A stretch of 40,684 bases of DNA from an uncultured Chloroflexota bacterium (GTDB lineage: Bacteria > Chloroflexota > Dehalococcoidia > Lucifugimonadales > GCA-002694895). The translations under genes and the position numbers were made by a program. Below the pieces are notes generated by a model. It was given only the letters and a program-made list of their open reading frames with translations. It did not search any database and was not told where the DNA came from. The DNA is taken from the NCBI GenBank assembly GCA_950054395.1, contig CATLOZ010000003.1:1-40684 (forward strand). The letters run 5' to 3'. Each line of letters starts with the position of its first letter. Positions within the stretch are counted from its first letter, which is position 1. Below are positions 17,995-29,012 of the stretch, in pieces.

Positions 17995-19746
17995 TTGGAT
18001 CATAATTCTACTAATGGAAATATAGATGAAATTAATGAGTTGATAGATAATTATTCTATTGAATCTTTAGAGAATTGCCTTCAGTGTGATAAGAAAATTA
18101 AGGATTCTGAATTATATTCTACTTATAAAATTTGTCACAATTGTAATTTTCATTTTTATATTAAACCATATGAAAGAATAAATTTACTGACAGACAGAGA
18201 ATCTTATGTTGAATTTAATCAGAAATTACCAAATGAATTTAATTATATTTATGATAAATATCCTGATTATGCTAAGAGAGCCCAAAAGGATACTGAACGC
18301 ACAGGATTAAATGATTCTGTTTTAACCGGATATGCATCTATTGGAGGGAATAGATGTATATTAACAATACTAGACTTTTCATTTATGGGAGGAAATTTAG
18401 GTTTAATCTCAGGAGAGAAAATTTCGTTAGCTATTGATTTGGCAGTATCAAAAAAACTACCTATTGTTTCTATAATTTCAAGTTCAGGAACTCGTTTAGA
18501 AGAAGGAATAATTTCAATAATGCAAATGGCAAAAATAACTTTATCTATGGCAAATGCAAAAAAATTTAATATACCTTCAATTTCATTATTAACTAATCCA
18601 TGTACTGGCCAAGCTTATGCGACATTAGCTACCTTTTCAGATATTATTATGTCTGAACCTGGTGCTTCTGTTGGATTGAGTCCTTTGAAAGATTTGAAAC
18701 ATTCTTCTGGGTCAGTAAAATTTGAATCGAGAACTTCTGATTCCCTTGTTTCCAGAGGATTGATAGATTCTATAGTGAATAGAAATCATCAAAAAGAGCA
18801 AATATCTAGAATTATTGATTTGTTAAATAATCGGCATAAATTAGTTTATGAAAACAAAAATAAAAAAGTAAATGAATTCGCTTTATCTAATATTCCGATA
18901 GATAAAAGAGAATATATTTCACAACATCCATCACGTCCATCGGCCTCACTTTTTTTGGATAAGGTTTTCGAACATTTTTTTGAACTCAAAGGTGATAGAT
19001 TGTTAGAAAATAGTGAAAGAATTGTTACAGGATTAGCACAATTGGGAGGGCAAACAGTCATGTTAGTAGCCCAAGAATATATTAAAGATGCAAGTTCATC
19101 AATTGGAAAAAATGGTTTGTCATCTACAGATTTCAGAAAATGTACAAGGGCAATTAGCTTGGCTTCGAAATTTAATATCCCAATAATTACATTTATTGAT
19201 ACAAAAGGACACGATCTGTCTTACGAAGAAGAAATAAAAGGTATAGGTGTTTCACTTGGAGGGACTTTGCTTGCTATGGCTGAATTGAATTCACCTTCAA
19301 TGTCTGTATTGATTGGCGTTGGAGGTAGTGAAGCAGCTTTAAGCTTAGATATTTCAGATCGTAGATTAATGCTTGAAAATGCTATATTAAAAATTCCAGA
19401 TAATAATACAGAAATAAATAAAAAAAATATGGTTTTGGGATCTAGAGAATGTAAAGAATTAGATATAGTGGATATTATAGTTCCAGAACCAATTGGAGGA
19501 TTACATTTAAATCCTGATGAATGTTTCAGTTTGTTAAGAAAAGTATTAATGATAGAATTAGCAGAATTAAATCAGATGTCTTCTAGATCAAGATTTAGAT
19601 CTAAATATAATAAATTTAGAGGTATTCCAGGTTTTAGTAATAATATGTTAACTGATTTGACAAATGATGTTCTGTCAGTAAAATCTAAACTTACTAATTA
19701 TTTAAACATTAAATTAGGTAAAGACAAATCAAGTAAAAAATCCTAA
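17995..19746 (+). CDS. Fused acetyl-CoA carboxylase carboxyltransferase beta+alpha (AccD-AccA), divergent
   Basis: N-terminal CLQC-x15-CHNC zinc finger, DFSFMGG, MQMAK; then [28 protein letters not shown]. Start codon uncertain (TTG). Confidence 0.9.
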   Translation: MDHNSTNGNIDEINELIDNYSIESLENCLQCDKKIKDSELYSTYKICHNCNFHFYIKPYERINLLTDRESYVEFNQKLPNEFNYIYDKYPDYAKRAQKDTERTGLNDSVLTGYASIGGNRCILTILDFSFMGGNLGLISGEKISLAIDLAVSKKLPIVSIISSSGTRLEEGIISIMQMAKITLSMANAKKFNIPSISLLTNPCTGQAYATLATFSDIIMSEPGASVGLSPLKDLKHSSGSVKFESRTSDSLVSRGLIDSIVNRNHQKEQISRIIDLLNNRHKLVYENKNKKVNEFALSNIPIDKREYISQHPSRPSASLFLDKVFEHFFELKGDRLLENSERIVTGLAQLGGQTVMLVAQEYIKDASSSIGKNGLSSTDFRKCTRAISLASKFNIPIITFIDTKGHDLSYEEEIKGIGVSLGGTLLAMAELNSPSMSVLIGVGGSEAALSLDISDRRLMLENAILKIPDNNTEINKKNMVLGSRECKELDIVDIIVPEPIGGLHLNPDECFSLLRKVLMIELAELNQMSSRSRFRSKYNKFRGIPGFSNNMLTDLTNDVLSVKSKLTNYLNIKLGKDKSSKKS

Positions 19747-20360
19747 TTGTTTTTGACAATACCGCCAATGTTTGATCTGTTTGATTCAAAAATTTTGATT
19801 TCCTTTTCTTTTTCTAATGTTAATCCAATATCATCCAAACCATTTTGAAGACAATGTTTTCTGAATTTTTCTATTTCAAAATATTCTGATATTTCTTCTT
19901 CTGTATCCCATATTCGTTGAGATTCAAGATCAATGTTTAAAGTAAAATCATTAATTTTTTCACTTTTTCCTATTAATTTTTTCACTTTTTCTTTGCTTAA
20001 TTTGATTGGCAGAATTCCGTTCTGAAAACAATTGTTATAAAATATATCAGCAAAGCTTGGAGCAATTATAATTTGAAAACCATAATCATTTAATGCCCAT
20101 GGAGCATGTTCTCTGGAAGAACCTGATCCAAAATTTTCCCCAGTCAGTAATATAGATGCATTTTTATATTTATCTTTATTTAAAATGAATTCAATATTTA
20201 AAGAACCATCTTGATTAAACCTCCAGTCATAAAATAAATATTTGCCATATCCTGTCCTTTCAATTCTTTTTAAAAACTGTTTAGGTATTATTTGATCAGT
20301 ATCAATATTTACCCTATCTAAAGGTACGGTTTTTCCAGTATGTTTATTAATTGCTTTCAT
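19743..20360 (-). CDS. leuD: 3-isopropylmalate dehydratase small subunit
   Basis: [28 protein letters not shown]. Confidence 0.97.
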   Translation of the reverse strand: MKAINKHTGKTVPLDRVNIDTDQIIPKQFLKRIERTGYGKYLFYDWRFNQDGSLNIEFILNKDKYKNASILLTGENFGSGSSREHAPWALNDYGFQIIIAPSFADIFYNNCFQNGILPIKLSKEKVKKLIGKSEKINDFTLNIDLESQRIWDTEEEISEYFEIEKFRKHCLQNGLDDIGLTLEKEKEIKIFESNRSNIGGIVKNN

Positions 20361-21767
20361 TTATATCTCTCTAGTATCAATAAAATGTCCTGCTATTGCT
20401 GCTGCTGCTGCCATTTCAGGACTTACAAGATGTGTTCGTCCACCTTTTCCTTGACGACCTTCAAAATTTCTATTTGAAGTAGAAGCGCATCTTTCTTGGG
20501 GTTGCAGAATATCGGGATTCATCCCTAAGCACATAGAACATCCAGCTTCTCGCCATTCAAAACCTGCATCTTTGAATATTTTATCTAAACCTTTTTTTTC
20601 AGCAATTGATTTAACCAAAGTGGATCCGGGAACAACCATTGCATTTACATTTGAATTTACTTTTTTATTTTCAACTATTTTAGCTGCCGATTCTAAATCT
20701 TCTATTCTTGAATTAGTGCAAGATCCTATGAAAACTCTGTCAATTTTTATATCTTCGATTTTTGTATCTGGTTTTAGTCCCATATATTCCAATGCTTTTT
20801 CAATGGATATTTTTTCATCAGCATCAGTTGAATTTTCAGGGTTAGGAATTTTGCCTGTTATTGGAGCTACCATTCCAGGGTTAGTACCCCAGGTAACAAA
20901 AGGTTCGAAATTCTCACTGTTTATGATGATTTTTTTATCATAAACAGCGTCTTCGTCTGTTTTGAGATTAAGCCAACTATTTTTTGCTTTTTCGAAATCT
21001 TTGCCTTTGGGAGAAAATGCTTTGCCTTCAAGATATTTTATTGTTTTCATATCCGGAGCTATCATACCTGCTCTTCCACCAGCTTCTATTGACATATTAC
21101 AGACGGTCATTCTTCCTTCCATACTTAAATTAGTTATAGCTTCACCGGTATATTCAATTGCATGGCCAACAGCGCCACTAATTCCAATATTTTTAATTAT
21201 TCCTAATATTAAATCTTTTGCAGTCACTCCATTAGGTAAAGAACCTTTAATATGTATATTCATTGTTTTAGGCTTAAATTGTCTTAATGTTTGAGTTGCT
21301 AATACATGTTCTACTTCTGAAGTTCCGATTCCCATTGCAAATGATCCAAATGCACCATTTGTAGATGTATGGCTATCGCCACACACGATAATTTTACCAG
21401 GTTGTGTTAATCCAAGATCAGGTCCTATTACATGTACTATCCCTTGGTTTTTATGGTACATATCATATAATTGGACACCAAATTCTTCACAATTTTCACT
21501 TAATGTTTCAACTTGTTGTTTTGCTATTGGGTCTGATATTGAATCCCTCCCTATCCAGGTAGGTATAGAATGATCGGCAACTGCTATAGTAAGATCTGGG
21601 CGTCTTACTTTTCTTTTAGCTAACCGAAGTCCTTCAAATGCCTGAGGAGAAGTTACCTCATGGATCATATGTAGATCGACATAAAGTATTGATGGCTGAT
21701 CTTTTTGCTCATAAACAACATGAGCTTCCCAGATTTTTTCAAATAATGTTTTGTGAATTTTACTCAT
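20361..21767 (-). CDS. leuC: 3-isopropylmalate dehydratase large subunit
   Basis: HEVTSPQAF, CGDSHT, GSCTNSR, GCSMCLGMN, STSNRNFEGRQG. Confidence 0.98.
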   Translation of the reverse strand: MSKIHKTLFEKIWEAHVVYEQKDQPSILYVDLHMIHEVTSPQAFEGLRLAKRKVRRPDLTIAVADHSIPTWIGRDSISDPIAKQQVETLSENCEEFGVQLYDMYHKNQGIVHVIGPDLGLTQPGKIIVCGDSHTSTNGAFGSFAMGIGTSEVEHVLATQTLRQFKPKTMNIHIKGSLPNGVTAKDLILGIIKNIGISGAVGHAIEYTGEAITNLSMEGRMTVCNMSIEAGGRAGMIAPDMKTIKYLEGKAFSPKGKDFEKAKNSWLNLKTDEDAVYDKKIIINSENFEPFVTWGTNPGMVAPITGKIPNPENSTDADEKISIEKALEYMGLKPDTKIEDIKIDRVFIGSCTNSRIEDLESAAKIVENKKVNSNVNAMVVPGSTLVKSIAEKKGLDKIFKDAGFEWREAGCSMCLGMNPDILQPQERCASTSNRNFEGRQGKGGRTHLVSPEMAAAAAIAGHFIDTREI

Positions 21768-21782
21768 ATAGTGATTATTATG

Positions 21783-23306
21783 TTATTTATTTGATAATTT
21801 ATTTAATCCATCAATATATGCTTTTGCGCTAGCTACTAGAATATCTGTGTCAGATCCACGCCCTACAACTAAGCTTCCTTCATGTTCTAATTTCACTATA
21901 GCATCTCCAATAGCATCAATTCCTTCTGTTACAGCTTCTATTCTCCATTCATTTAAAATCACTTTTAAATCAATTTGCTTATTAATTGCTTTATAGATTG
22001 CATCAACAGGACCAGTGCCAGTTGATGTTGACCTTTTAATTTTATTATTTTGCGTATTTTTAATATCTATTTTAGCTGTGGGGTTTTTATTTGAGCCAGA
22101 TTCTATATCAATAGAAACTAATTCGAATTGCCCCGAAGATCTTTCAGATCTTTTTTGGTTTGACATTAATGATTCTAAATCCTGATTTGTCACTTCTCTT
22201 TTTTTGTCAGCTAATATTTTGAATTCTTCGAAAGTTTTATTAATTTCCTCAGATGATAAATTATAACCCAGATCTTCAAGTCTGGATTTTAGACCAGCTC
22301 TTCCACTCAATTTACTTAATACTAGTGTATTACCTGTAAGACCAATTGATTTGGGATCCATAATTTCAAAAGTAGATTTTGATTTTATTACACCATCTTG
22401 ATGTATTCCTGAAGCATGCCTGAATGCATTAGCTCCAACTATAGCTTTATTGGGTTGCACTGGAAATCCGGTTATATCACTAACTAGACGGCTAGTTTTA
22501 TAAATTTCTTTAGTATTAATATCAGTTTCTACTTTTAATAAATCTTTTCTGGTTTCGATTGCCATAATTACTTCTTCTAAGGCAGCATTTCCTGCTCTTT
22601 CTCCTAATCCATTTATGCATCCCTCAATTTGTCTTGCGCCTGCAGTAATTGCTGCCAAACTATTTGCAACAGATAATCCTAGATCATTATGACAGTGGAC
22701 GCTTGTAACTATTTTATCCATTCCAGGGACATTATGAATTATATTTTCAATTTGATTTTTAAATTCCCATGGCATCGTATATCCTACGGTATCAGGTATA
22801 TTAATTGTAGTGGCTCCTGCTTTTACTGTTGCTTCGATTAATTGATATAAAAAGTTCATGTCAGTCCTTGAAGCATCCATTGGGGAAAATTCAACATCAT
22901 CACAATACTTTTTGGCTTTTTCCACACAAAATACTGCCATATTTAACACTTCTTCTCTGTCTTTTTTTAATTGATTTATTATTTGTATATCTGAACTATT
23001 TATAAATACATGTATTCTCGGGTTTTCCGCATTTTTAATTGCAATCCAAGCTGCTTCAACATCGGATGGAACGCAGCGAGCTAATGCCGCAATAACTGGC
23101 TCTTTGATTTTCTCTGATATCAATTTTACTGACTCAAAATCCCCTGGTGATGAAGCTGGGAAACCAGCTTCAATGATATCCACATTCAATTTGTTTAATT
23201 GTGTGGCAATTTCAAGTTTTTCAAATTTTGTCAGGCCAATTCCTGCAGATTGTTCGCCATCTCTTAAAGTGGTATCAAAAATTAGAATTTTATTATCATT
23301 AGCCAT
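21783..23306 (-). CDS. leuA: 2-isopropylmalate synthase
   Basis: FDTTLRDGEQ, HCHNDLG, GERAGN, HASGIHQDG, C-terminal regulatory domain GPVDA. Confidence 0.97.
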   Translation of the reverse strand: MANDNKILIFDTTLRDGEQSAGIGLTKFEKLEIATQLNKLNVDIIEAGFPASSPGDFESVKLISEKIKEPVIAALARCVPSDVEAAWIAIKNAENPRIHVFINSSDIQIINQLKKDREEVLNMAVFCVEKAKKYCDDVEFSPMDASRTDMNFLYQLIEATVKAGATTINIPDTVGYTMPWEFKNQIENIIHNVPGMDKIVTSVHCHNDLGLSVANSLAAITAGARQIEGCINGLGERAGNAALEEVIMAIETRKDLLKVETDINTKEIYKTSRLVSDITGFPVQPNKAIVGANAFRHASGIHQDGVIKSKSTFEIMDPKSIGLTGNTLVLSKLSGRAGLKSRLEDLGYNLSSEEINKTFEEFKILADKKREVTNQDLESLMSNQKRSERSSGQFELVSIDIESGSNKNPTAKIDIKNTQNNKIKRSTSTGTGPVDAIYKAINKQIDLKVILNEWRIEAVTEGIDAIGDAIVKLEHEGSLVVGRGSDTDILVASAKAYIDGLNKLSNK

Positions 23307-23332
23307 CTATAAACCTCTTTAATGTAAATATA

Positions 23333-24334
23333 TTATTCCGACGAATCATTTAGAAAGGGCATCATACCTCTTAATTCTTTTCCTATGATTTCTATAGGAT
23401 GAGAACTATTTTGTTTTCTCAATTCATTAAATTTATGTAATCCTTCTTCGTTTTCATTTATCCATTCCCTTGCAAAAGAACCATCTTGAATGTCTTTAAG
23501 AACTTTTTGCATATTTTTTTTTACTGATTCGTCAATGATTACTGGGCCTCTAGTTAAATCTCCGTATTCAGCTGTAGTACTTATAGAATAACGCATATAA
23601 TTTAATCCGCCCTGATACATTAAATCTACAATAAGTTTTAATTCGTGAAGGCATTCAAAGTATGCAGATTCTGGTTGGTATCCTGCTTCGACTAATGTTT
23701 CAAATGCATATTTCACTAATTGTGCTGTCCCGCCACATAATACAGCTTGCTCACCAAATAAATCTGTTTCAGTTTCTTCTTTAAAAGTTGTAGTTAATAC
23801 ACCAGCCCGAGTACAACCAACTGCTTTTGCATAAGCTAATCCTGTGGAAATAGCATTTCCAGATGGATTTTGATGTATAGCTAAAAGTCCAGGAACTCCC
23901 GATCCTTTAGTAAATACTTCTCTCATTCTGTGACCAGGGGCTTTTGGTGCCACCATTACAACATCTACATTAGCTGGAGGTGTAATTGTGTTATAGTGAA
24001 TATTAAAACCATGAGCAAACATGAGAGTTTTACCTTTATTCATATGTTGTTCTATAGATTCTTTATATACTTTAGGCTGGATGGTATCAGGTAATAACAT
24101 CATTATTAAATCTGATGATTGAGATACTTCGGAAACTGTGCCTACTTCTAAGCCATCATTTTCAGCTTTTTTCCAACTTTTACTCCCTTTATATAAGCCA
24201 ACCTTCACATCTACTCCACTGTCATTAGCACTTAGAGCATGTGCGTGTCCCTGGCTGCCATAGCCTATGATAGCTATAGATTTATTATCAAATAAATTTA
24301 AGTCACCATCAGAATCGTAATACATTTTTGCCAT
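23333..24334 (-). CDS. ilvC: Ketol-acid reductoisomerase
   Basis: [40 protein letters not shown]. Confidence 0.98.
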   Translation of the reverse strand: MAKMYYDSDGDLNLFDNKSIAIIGYGSQGHAHALSANDSGVDVKVGLYKGSKSWKKAENDGLEVGTVSEVSQSSDLIMMLLPDTIQPKVYKESIEQHMNKGKTLMFAHGFNIHYNTITPPANVDVVMVAPKAPGHRMREVFTKGSGVPGLLAIHQNPSGNAISTGLAYAKAVGCTRAGVLTTTFKEETETDLFGEQAVLCGGTAQLVKYAFETLVEAGYQPESAYFECLHELKLIVDLMYQGGLNYMRYSISTTAEYGDLTRGPVIIDESVKKNMQKVLKDIQDGSFAREWINENEEGLHKFNELRKQNSSHPIEIIGKELRGMMPFLNDSSE

Positions 24335-24348
24335 TTCCTACTCCATTT

Positions 24349-24861
24349 TTATTTATTTTTTTCTCTGTTCATTGCAATTAATCCTGTTCTCATTACTTCA
24401 ATTAATCCAAATGAAGACAGCAAATTTTGTAGAGCTTGAATTTTTTGATCATCACCGGTAGCCTCTATAATGATTGAAGAAGAGCTTACATCCACAATTT
24501 TAGCTCTGTAAATAGCAACTATCTGCATGATTTCACTTCTAGTTTTAGTGTCAGAGTTTACTTTTATTAGAGCAAGTTCTCTTGAAACTATATTGTCATC
24601 AGATATGTCATTTACTTTTATAATGTCTATAAGTTTATGTAATTGTTTAGTAATTTTTTCAACTATATCATCTCCGCCTTCAACTACTACAGTTAATCTT
24701 GAAAGATGGTCTATTTCACTATGCCCAACAGCTAAGCTTTGTATATTAAAACCTCTTCTCCTTAACATACTTGTTATCCTGTTAAGAACACCGGGTTTAT
24801 CATTTACTAATGCTGTAACTGTTCTTGTAGGAATAATGTTTTTTGTATCTTTAATGGTCAT
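24349..24861 (-). CDS. ilvN: Acetolactate synthase small (regulatory) subunit
   Basis: ACT domain KPGVLNRI...RRGFNI.SL, RELALIKV, EVMRTG. Confidence 0.96.
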   Translation of the reverse strand: MTIKDTKNIIPTRTVTALVNDKPGVLNRITSMLRRRGFNIQSLAVGHSEIDHLSRLTVVVEGGDDIVEKITKQLHKLIDIIKVNDISDDNIVSRELALIKVNSDTKTRSEIMQIVAIYRAKIVDVSSSSIIIEATGDDQKIQALQNLLSSFGLIEVMRTGLIAMNREKNK

Positions 24862-26561
24862 TGTTTAATCTCCTGCGATGAAGGTTCTTCCATCATATCT
24901 TGAACAGTTGCTCCTGACGGAATGAAGGGATAAACATTTTCTTCAGATTCAACAATAAAATCTATTAACACAGGCCCATCATGTTTAATAGCATCTAGGA
25001 TTGCAGGTTTTACTTGTGTTTTGTCAGTAACCTTTAAGGCATAAATATCAAAAGCTTCTGCTAATTTTACAAAATCTGGAATACCTTTGTAGGATGTGGA
25101 TACATAAGATTTTTCATAAAATAGTTCCTGCCATTGTCGCACCATTCCCAAAAATCCATTGTTAATAATAGCAAATTTGATTGGGAGGTTATTTTCAGAA
25201 ATTGTAGCTAATTCAGACATCGTCATCTGAAATCCTCCATCACCGGCAATTGACCATACCATTTCGTTTGGTCTTCCTATTTGAGCTCCTAATGCTGCTG
25301 GTACTTCATAGCCCATTGCTCCAGCACCTCCGGACGTGATGATTTTATTTTTATCATTAAATGTATAATGTTGGGCAGCCCACATTTGGTGCTGACCTAC
25401 CCCGGTTACAATAATTGAATCCCCATTTGTCAATTCATGTAATTCTTTTATTATAAATTGAGGGAGTAATTTTTCAGTGTCTCTTAGCGCTAGGCTTGGA
25501 TGGTTGTTTTTTAACCTGTCTATTTGATTTAACCATGCAACATGTGTTTTTTCTTCGACTGATTTTACTAAATTTGACAATGCAATTTTCGCATCTGAAA
25601 CTATAGGAACATCTGCATGAATTATTTTGCCTATTTCAGAAGCATCAATATCTATATGAATTTTTTTAGATGCTAATGCAAATTTGTCAGGATTTCCAGT
25701 AATCCTATCGTCAAATCTCATTCCTACAGCAATTATAAGATCTGATTGATCTAGTATAAGATTAGAGTAAGCCATTCCATGCATACCTGGCCATCCGCAA
25801 TAAAGGAAGTGATTTGCAGGGAAAGAGCTTAACCCTAACAGAGTATTTATGACAGGTATTTGGCATTTTTCTGCTAATTCTAATAATTCATCATATGCTT
25901 TTGATATTTTAATGCCATGACCTGCTAAAAGAACTGGTCTTTTAGATTTTTTTATAAGTTCACACGCACGTTTTATTTGTTTTTGATTCACTGATGTATT
26001 GGGTTTGTATCCAGGTATATTGACGTTTTCGGGATAATTGAAAACACCATTTCCTTGAAGAATATCTTTTGGTATATCAACTAAAACGGGCCCAGGCCTA
26101 CCTGTGGTGGCTATATGAAATGCTTCTTTTATTGTTTCACCTAGATCGTTTATATCCATTACAAGATAATTGTGTTTTGTAATTGGTAGTGTTATTCCTG
26201 TAATATCTGTTTCTTGAAATGCATCGGTACCTATTACTGGCCTACCCACTTGGCCTGTAATTGCAACGATTGGGACAGAGTCCATTTTTGCAGTCATTAT
26301 TCCAGTTACTAGATTTGTGGTTCCTGGTCCTGAGGTTGCAAAAGCTACGCCAGCTTTTCCGGTTGCTCTAGCATAGCCATCTGCTGCGTGAGCTGCTCCT
26401 TGTTCATGTCTAACTAAAATATGTTTTAATTTTTTATATTCTGGAAGTACTTGATATAATGGAAGTATAGCTCCACCAGGAATTCCAAAAATATGCTCAA
26501 CACCTTCTCTGATTAGAGATTCGCAAACCATTTGTGATCCGTTCATTAATTTATTATTCAT
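24858..26561 (-). CDS. ilvB: Acetolactate synthase large subunit
   Basis: FGIPGGA, RHEQGA, TSGPG, RFDDR, GQHQMW, GDGGFQM, LGMVRQWQ. Confidence 0.98.
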   Translation of the reverse strand: MNNKLMNGSQMVCESLIREGVEHIFGIPGGAILPLYQVLPEYKKLKHILVRHEQGAAHAADGYARATGKAGVAFATSGPGTTNLVTGIMTAKMDSVPIVAITGQVGRPVIGTDAFQETDITGITLPITKHNYLVMDINDLGETIKEAFHIATTGRPGPVLVDIPKDILQGNGVFNYPENVNIPGYKPNTSVNQKQIKRACELIKKSKRPVLLAGHGIKISKAYDELLELAEKCQIPVINTLLGLSSFPANHFLYCGWPGMHGMAYSNLILDQSDLIIAVGMRFDDRITGNPDKFALASKKIHIDIDASEIGKIIHADVPIVSDAKIALSNLVKSVEEKTHVAWLNQIDRLKNNHPSLALRDTEKLLPQFIIKELHELTNGDSIIVTGVGQHQMWAAQHYTFNDKNKIITSGGAGAMGYEVPAALGAQIGRPNEMVWSIAGDGGFQMTMSELATISENNLPIKFAIINNGFLGMVRQWQELFYEKSYVSTSYKGIPDFVKLAEAFDIYALKVTDKTQVKPAILDAIKHDGPVLIDFIVESEENVYPFIPSGATVQDMMEEPSSQEIKQ

Positions 26562-26584
26562 ATTTATGTTTCATTTTTCAAAAT

Positions 26585-26608
26585 AAAAACCCGCCCCAAA
26601 GGGACGGG
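26585..26608 (-). terminator. Intrinsic terminator of the T-box leader
   Basis: Minus strand CCCGTCCC-TTT-GGGGCGGG followed by TTTTT; its 5' arm overlaps the antiterminator. Confidence 0.9.
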
Positions 26609-26797
26609 ATATGTTACCCGTGGTACCACCCTAATTGCTATTATTAGAAAGCCACTTATGTAAGCGATAACGGGCCAATCCCGGCTATCTCTAATTATTC
26701 AAGATAGCACTCAAGGGTGAGTTCTGAAGATTTGAGATATCGACTTACACCATACGCGACTCGCTAAAACCCAAACTTCCTCATACTAATCCCTGTC
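26585..26797 (-). promoter_or_regulatory. T-box riboswitch, Leu (CUC) specifier, controlling ilvBNC-leuACD
   Basis: Minus strand stem I with AGCGAG bulge and GGTG distal loop; specifier loop GAA-CTC-A (CTC at 26721-26719); CCGTTA element; T-box AATTAGGGTGGTACCACG (26636-26619); downstream terminator. Confidence 0.93.
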
Positions 26798-26831
26798 TCT
26801 GCTTTAAATATTATATTTTCAGTGAGATAAT

Positions 26832-26860
26832 ATCATAAATAACATGTAGAATTGTGTCAA
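26832..26860 (-). promoter_or_regulatory. sigma70 promoter of the ilv-leu leader
   Basis: Minus strand TTGACA (26860-26855), 17-nt spacer, TATGAT (26837-26832), just upstream of T-box stem I. Confidence 0.75.
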
Positions 26861-26916
26861 TTATCACAGAGGTTAAATATAGTACAAGTTCCAAAATACA
26901 CTAATTACAAGGAAAT

Positions 26917-27966
26917 ATGATGCATTTGTTGGAAAAATATAAGCAATTTTTACCTATTAATGATAATACTCCTATATTTAGTTTAGGAGAAGGAAATACA
27001 CCTTTAGTTAAATCTAATAATATATATAAAGAAATAGGATGTAAGGAATTATATTTTAAATTAGAAGGATGTAATCCGTCAGGATCTTTTAAAGACAGAG
27101 GAATGGTTATGGCTGTTTCAAAAGCTATTGAAAAAGGTTCTAAAAAAATTATATGTGCTTCAACTGGAAATACTAGTGCATCAGCAGCAGCTTTTGGAGC
27201 ATATTGCGGTTTAGAAACAATAGTTTTGATTCCTGAAGGAAAGATTGCTATAGGGAAATTATCTCAAGCAGTTGCATATGGAGCAAAAATTGTTTCTATA
27301 AATGGGAATTTTGATCAGGCATTAAATTTAGTAAAAGAAATATCTGAACAACAAAAAGATATAGAGCTAGTTAATTCTATTAATCCAAACAGAATTCACG
27401 GGCAAAAAACAGGTGCTTTTGAAATTGTAGATGAACTTGGATATGCTCCTGATGAAGTGTTTATTCCTGTTGGGAATGCTGGAAACATTACTGCTTATTG
27501 GGATGGTTTTAAAATTTACAATGATTTAAATACCTCTAATCTTCCTAAAATGATTGGATTTCAAGCAAAAAATTCAGCACCAATAGTAAATAAAAAAATT
27601 ATTGAAAATCCGGAAACAGTGGCTACTGCAATTAGAATTGGAAATCCGGCAAGTTGGGAATTTGCTGAAAAAGCATTACATGAATCATCTGGAAAAATAG
27701 ATGCGATTGATGATGATAGCATTGTTGAAGGATATAAAATTATAGCTTCTATGGAAGGTATATTTGCTGAACCGGCTTCGTGTATTACTGTTGCAGGACT
27801 TTATCATTTAAAGAAATTAGGATATGATTTTTCGGGGAAAACGATTGTTTGTATTTTGACAGGAAATGGTTTGAAAGATCCAGACTTTGCAAATAATTAT
27901 TTAAATTTTCAAATCCACAAAATGAACCCTGAATTTGAAGAATTAAAAAACTTTTTATTATCATAA
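26917..27966 (+). CDS. thrC: Threonine synthase
   Basis: LGEGNTPL, NPSGSFKDRGM (PLP lysine), ASTGNTSAS, PVGNAGN, TGNGLKDP. Confidence 0.96.
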   Translation: MMHLLEKYKQFLPINDNTPIFSLGEGNTPLVKSNNIYKEIGCKELYFKLEGCNPSGSFKDRGMVMAVSKAIEKGSKKIICASTGNTSASAAAFGAYCGLETIVLIPEGKIAIGKLSQAVAYGAKIVSINGNFDQALNLVKEISEQQKDIELVNSINPNRIHGQKTGAFEIVDELGYAPDEVFIPVGNAGNITAYWDGFKIYNDLNTSNLPKMIGFQAKNSAPIVNKKIIENPETVATAIRIGNPASWEFAEKALHESSGKIDAIDDDSIVEGYKIIASMEGIFAEPASCITVAGLYHLKKLGYDFSGKTIVCILTGNGLKDPDFANNYLNFQIHKMNPEFEELKNFLLS

Positions 27967-27984
27967 TTTATATAATAATTATTT

Positions 27985-29001
27985 ATGAATCCTATAGTTA
28001 AAATAAATTGTATTGAATTGACTTGGATTGACTCCAAAGAAAAAGTGCTTGAATGGGATAATTTGTTAATCGAATCTGATTTCCCACATCCTTTTTCTTC
28101 ATTTACTTTTTATAATTCTTGGGTTGAAACCTTTGTTGATGATTTAACTCAAATTAAAATGTTGTTCTTTTACAATAATAATAAATTGGTAGGTTTGGCA
28201 CCTATTTTTGTTGATCAGGATAATAAAAATGTTTCTATACTAGGAGATAAAGATTTATTTGATTATCGAGACATAATTTATATATCCGAATTTTACGAAG
28301 AAATTTATATTGAGCTTTTATCATATTTGAAATCACAAAAATGGTACCAGAATTACACAATAATTATGCAATCAATTCCTGAATCTTCTGAATTATTTAA
28401 TCTATTAAATGCGGATAAATTAATAGATTTTGCAGATGTAGAAATTAAACAAGAAGATGTTACTCCAATATTTAATATCAACGATGAATGGGATGATTAT
28501 TTATTAGCTTTAACTAAAAAACAAAGACATGAAATCAGAAGGAAATTAAGAAAATTCGAGTCACAAAATTTTCATTATAAACTTATTAAAGGTAATCAAG
28601 ATTTATCAAAATTTTTATCAGATTTTTATCAGCTATTCATAAATAGCAGAGAAGATAAAAAACAATTTTTAACAGATCAGCGTAAAACTTTTTTTAATAA
28701 AATGTTATTTGCTTTTGCTGAAAAAAATGAATTAAAAATTCTTTCTTATTATGATGGAAATATCTTAATATCTGCTTGTATAGTGATAGAATATGCAAAT
28801 ATATATTTTTTGTATAATAGTGCTTATTCCTTAGATTACAATTCTTTTAGTGTTGGACTTGTAAGTAAAATTATGGCATTAAAACAATCAATAGAAAATA
28901 ATAAACGGGCGTTCAATTTTTTAAGAGGTAATGAAAGATATAAATATGATTTGGGAGGAGAGGATATTAAGTTGTTTGAGATAAAATTGTCAATTACTTA
29001 G
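27985..29001 (+). CDS. GNAT-family acyltransferase (Acetyltransf_6, CelD/BcsL-like)
   Basis: LVGLAP, DY.D, RRKLRK, FNFLRGNERYKYDLG. Confidence 0.82.
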   Translation: MNPIVKINCIELTWIDSKEKVLEWDNLLIESDFPHPFSSFTFYNSWVETFVDDLTQIKMLFFYNNNKLVGLAPIFVDQDNKNVSILGDKDLFDYRDIIYISEFYEEIYIELLSYLKSQKWYQNYTIIMQSIPESSELFNLLNADKLIDFADVEIKQEDVTPIFNINDEWDDYLLALTKKQRHEIRRKLRKFESQNFHYKLIKGNQDLSKFLSDFYQLFINSREDKKQFLTDQRKTFFNKMLFAFAEKNELKILSYYDGNILISACIVIEYANIYFLYNSAYSLDYNSFSVGLVSKIMALKQSIENNKRAFNFLRGNERYKYDLGGEDIKLFEIKLSIT

Positions 29002-29012
29002 TCTGTGAATTT

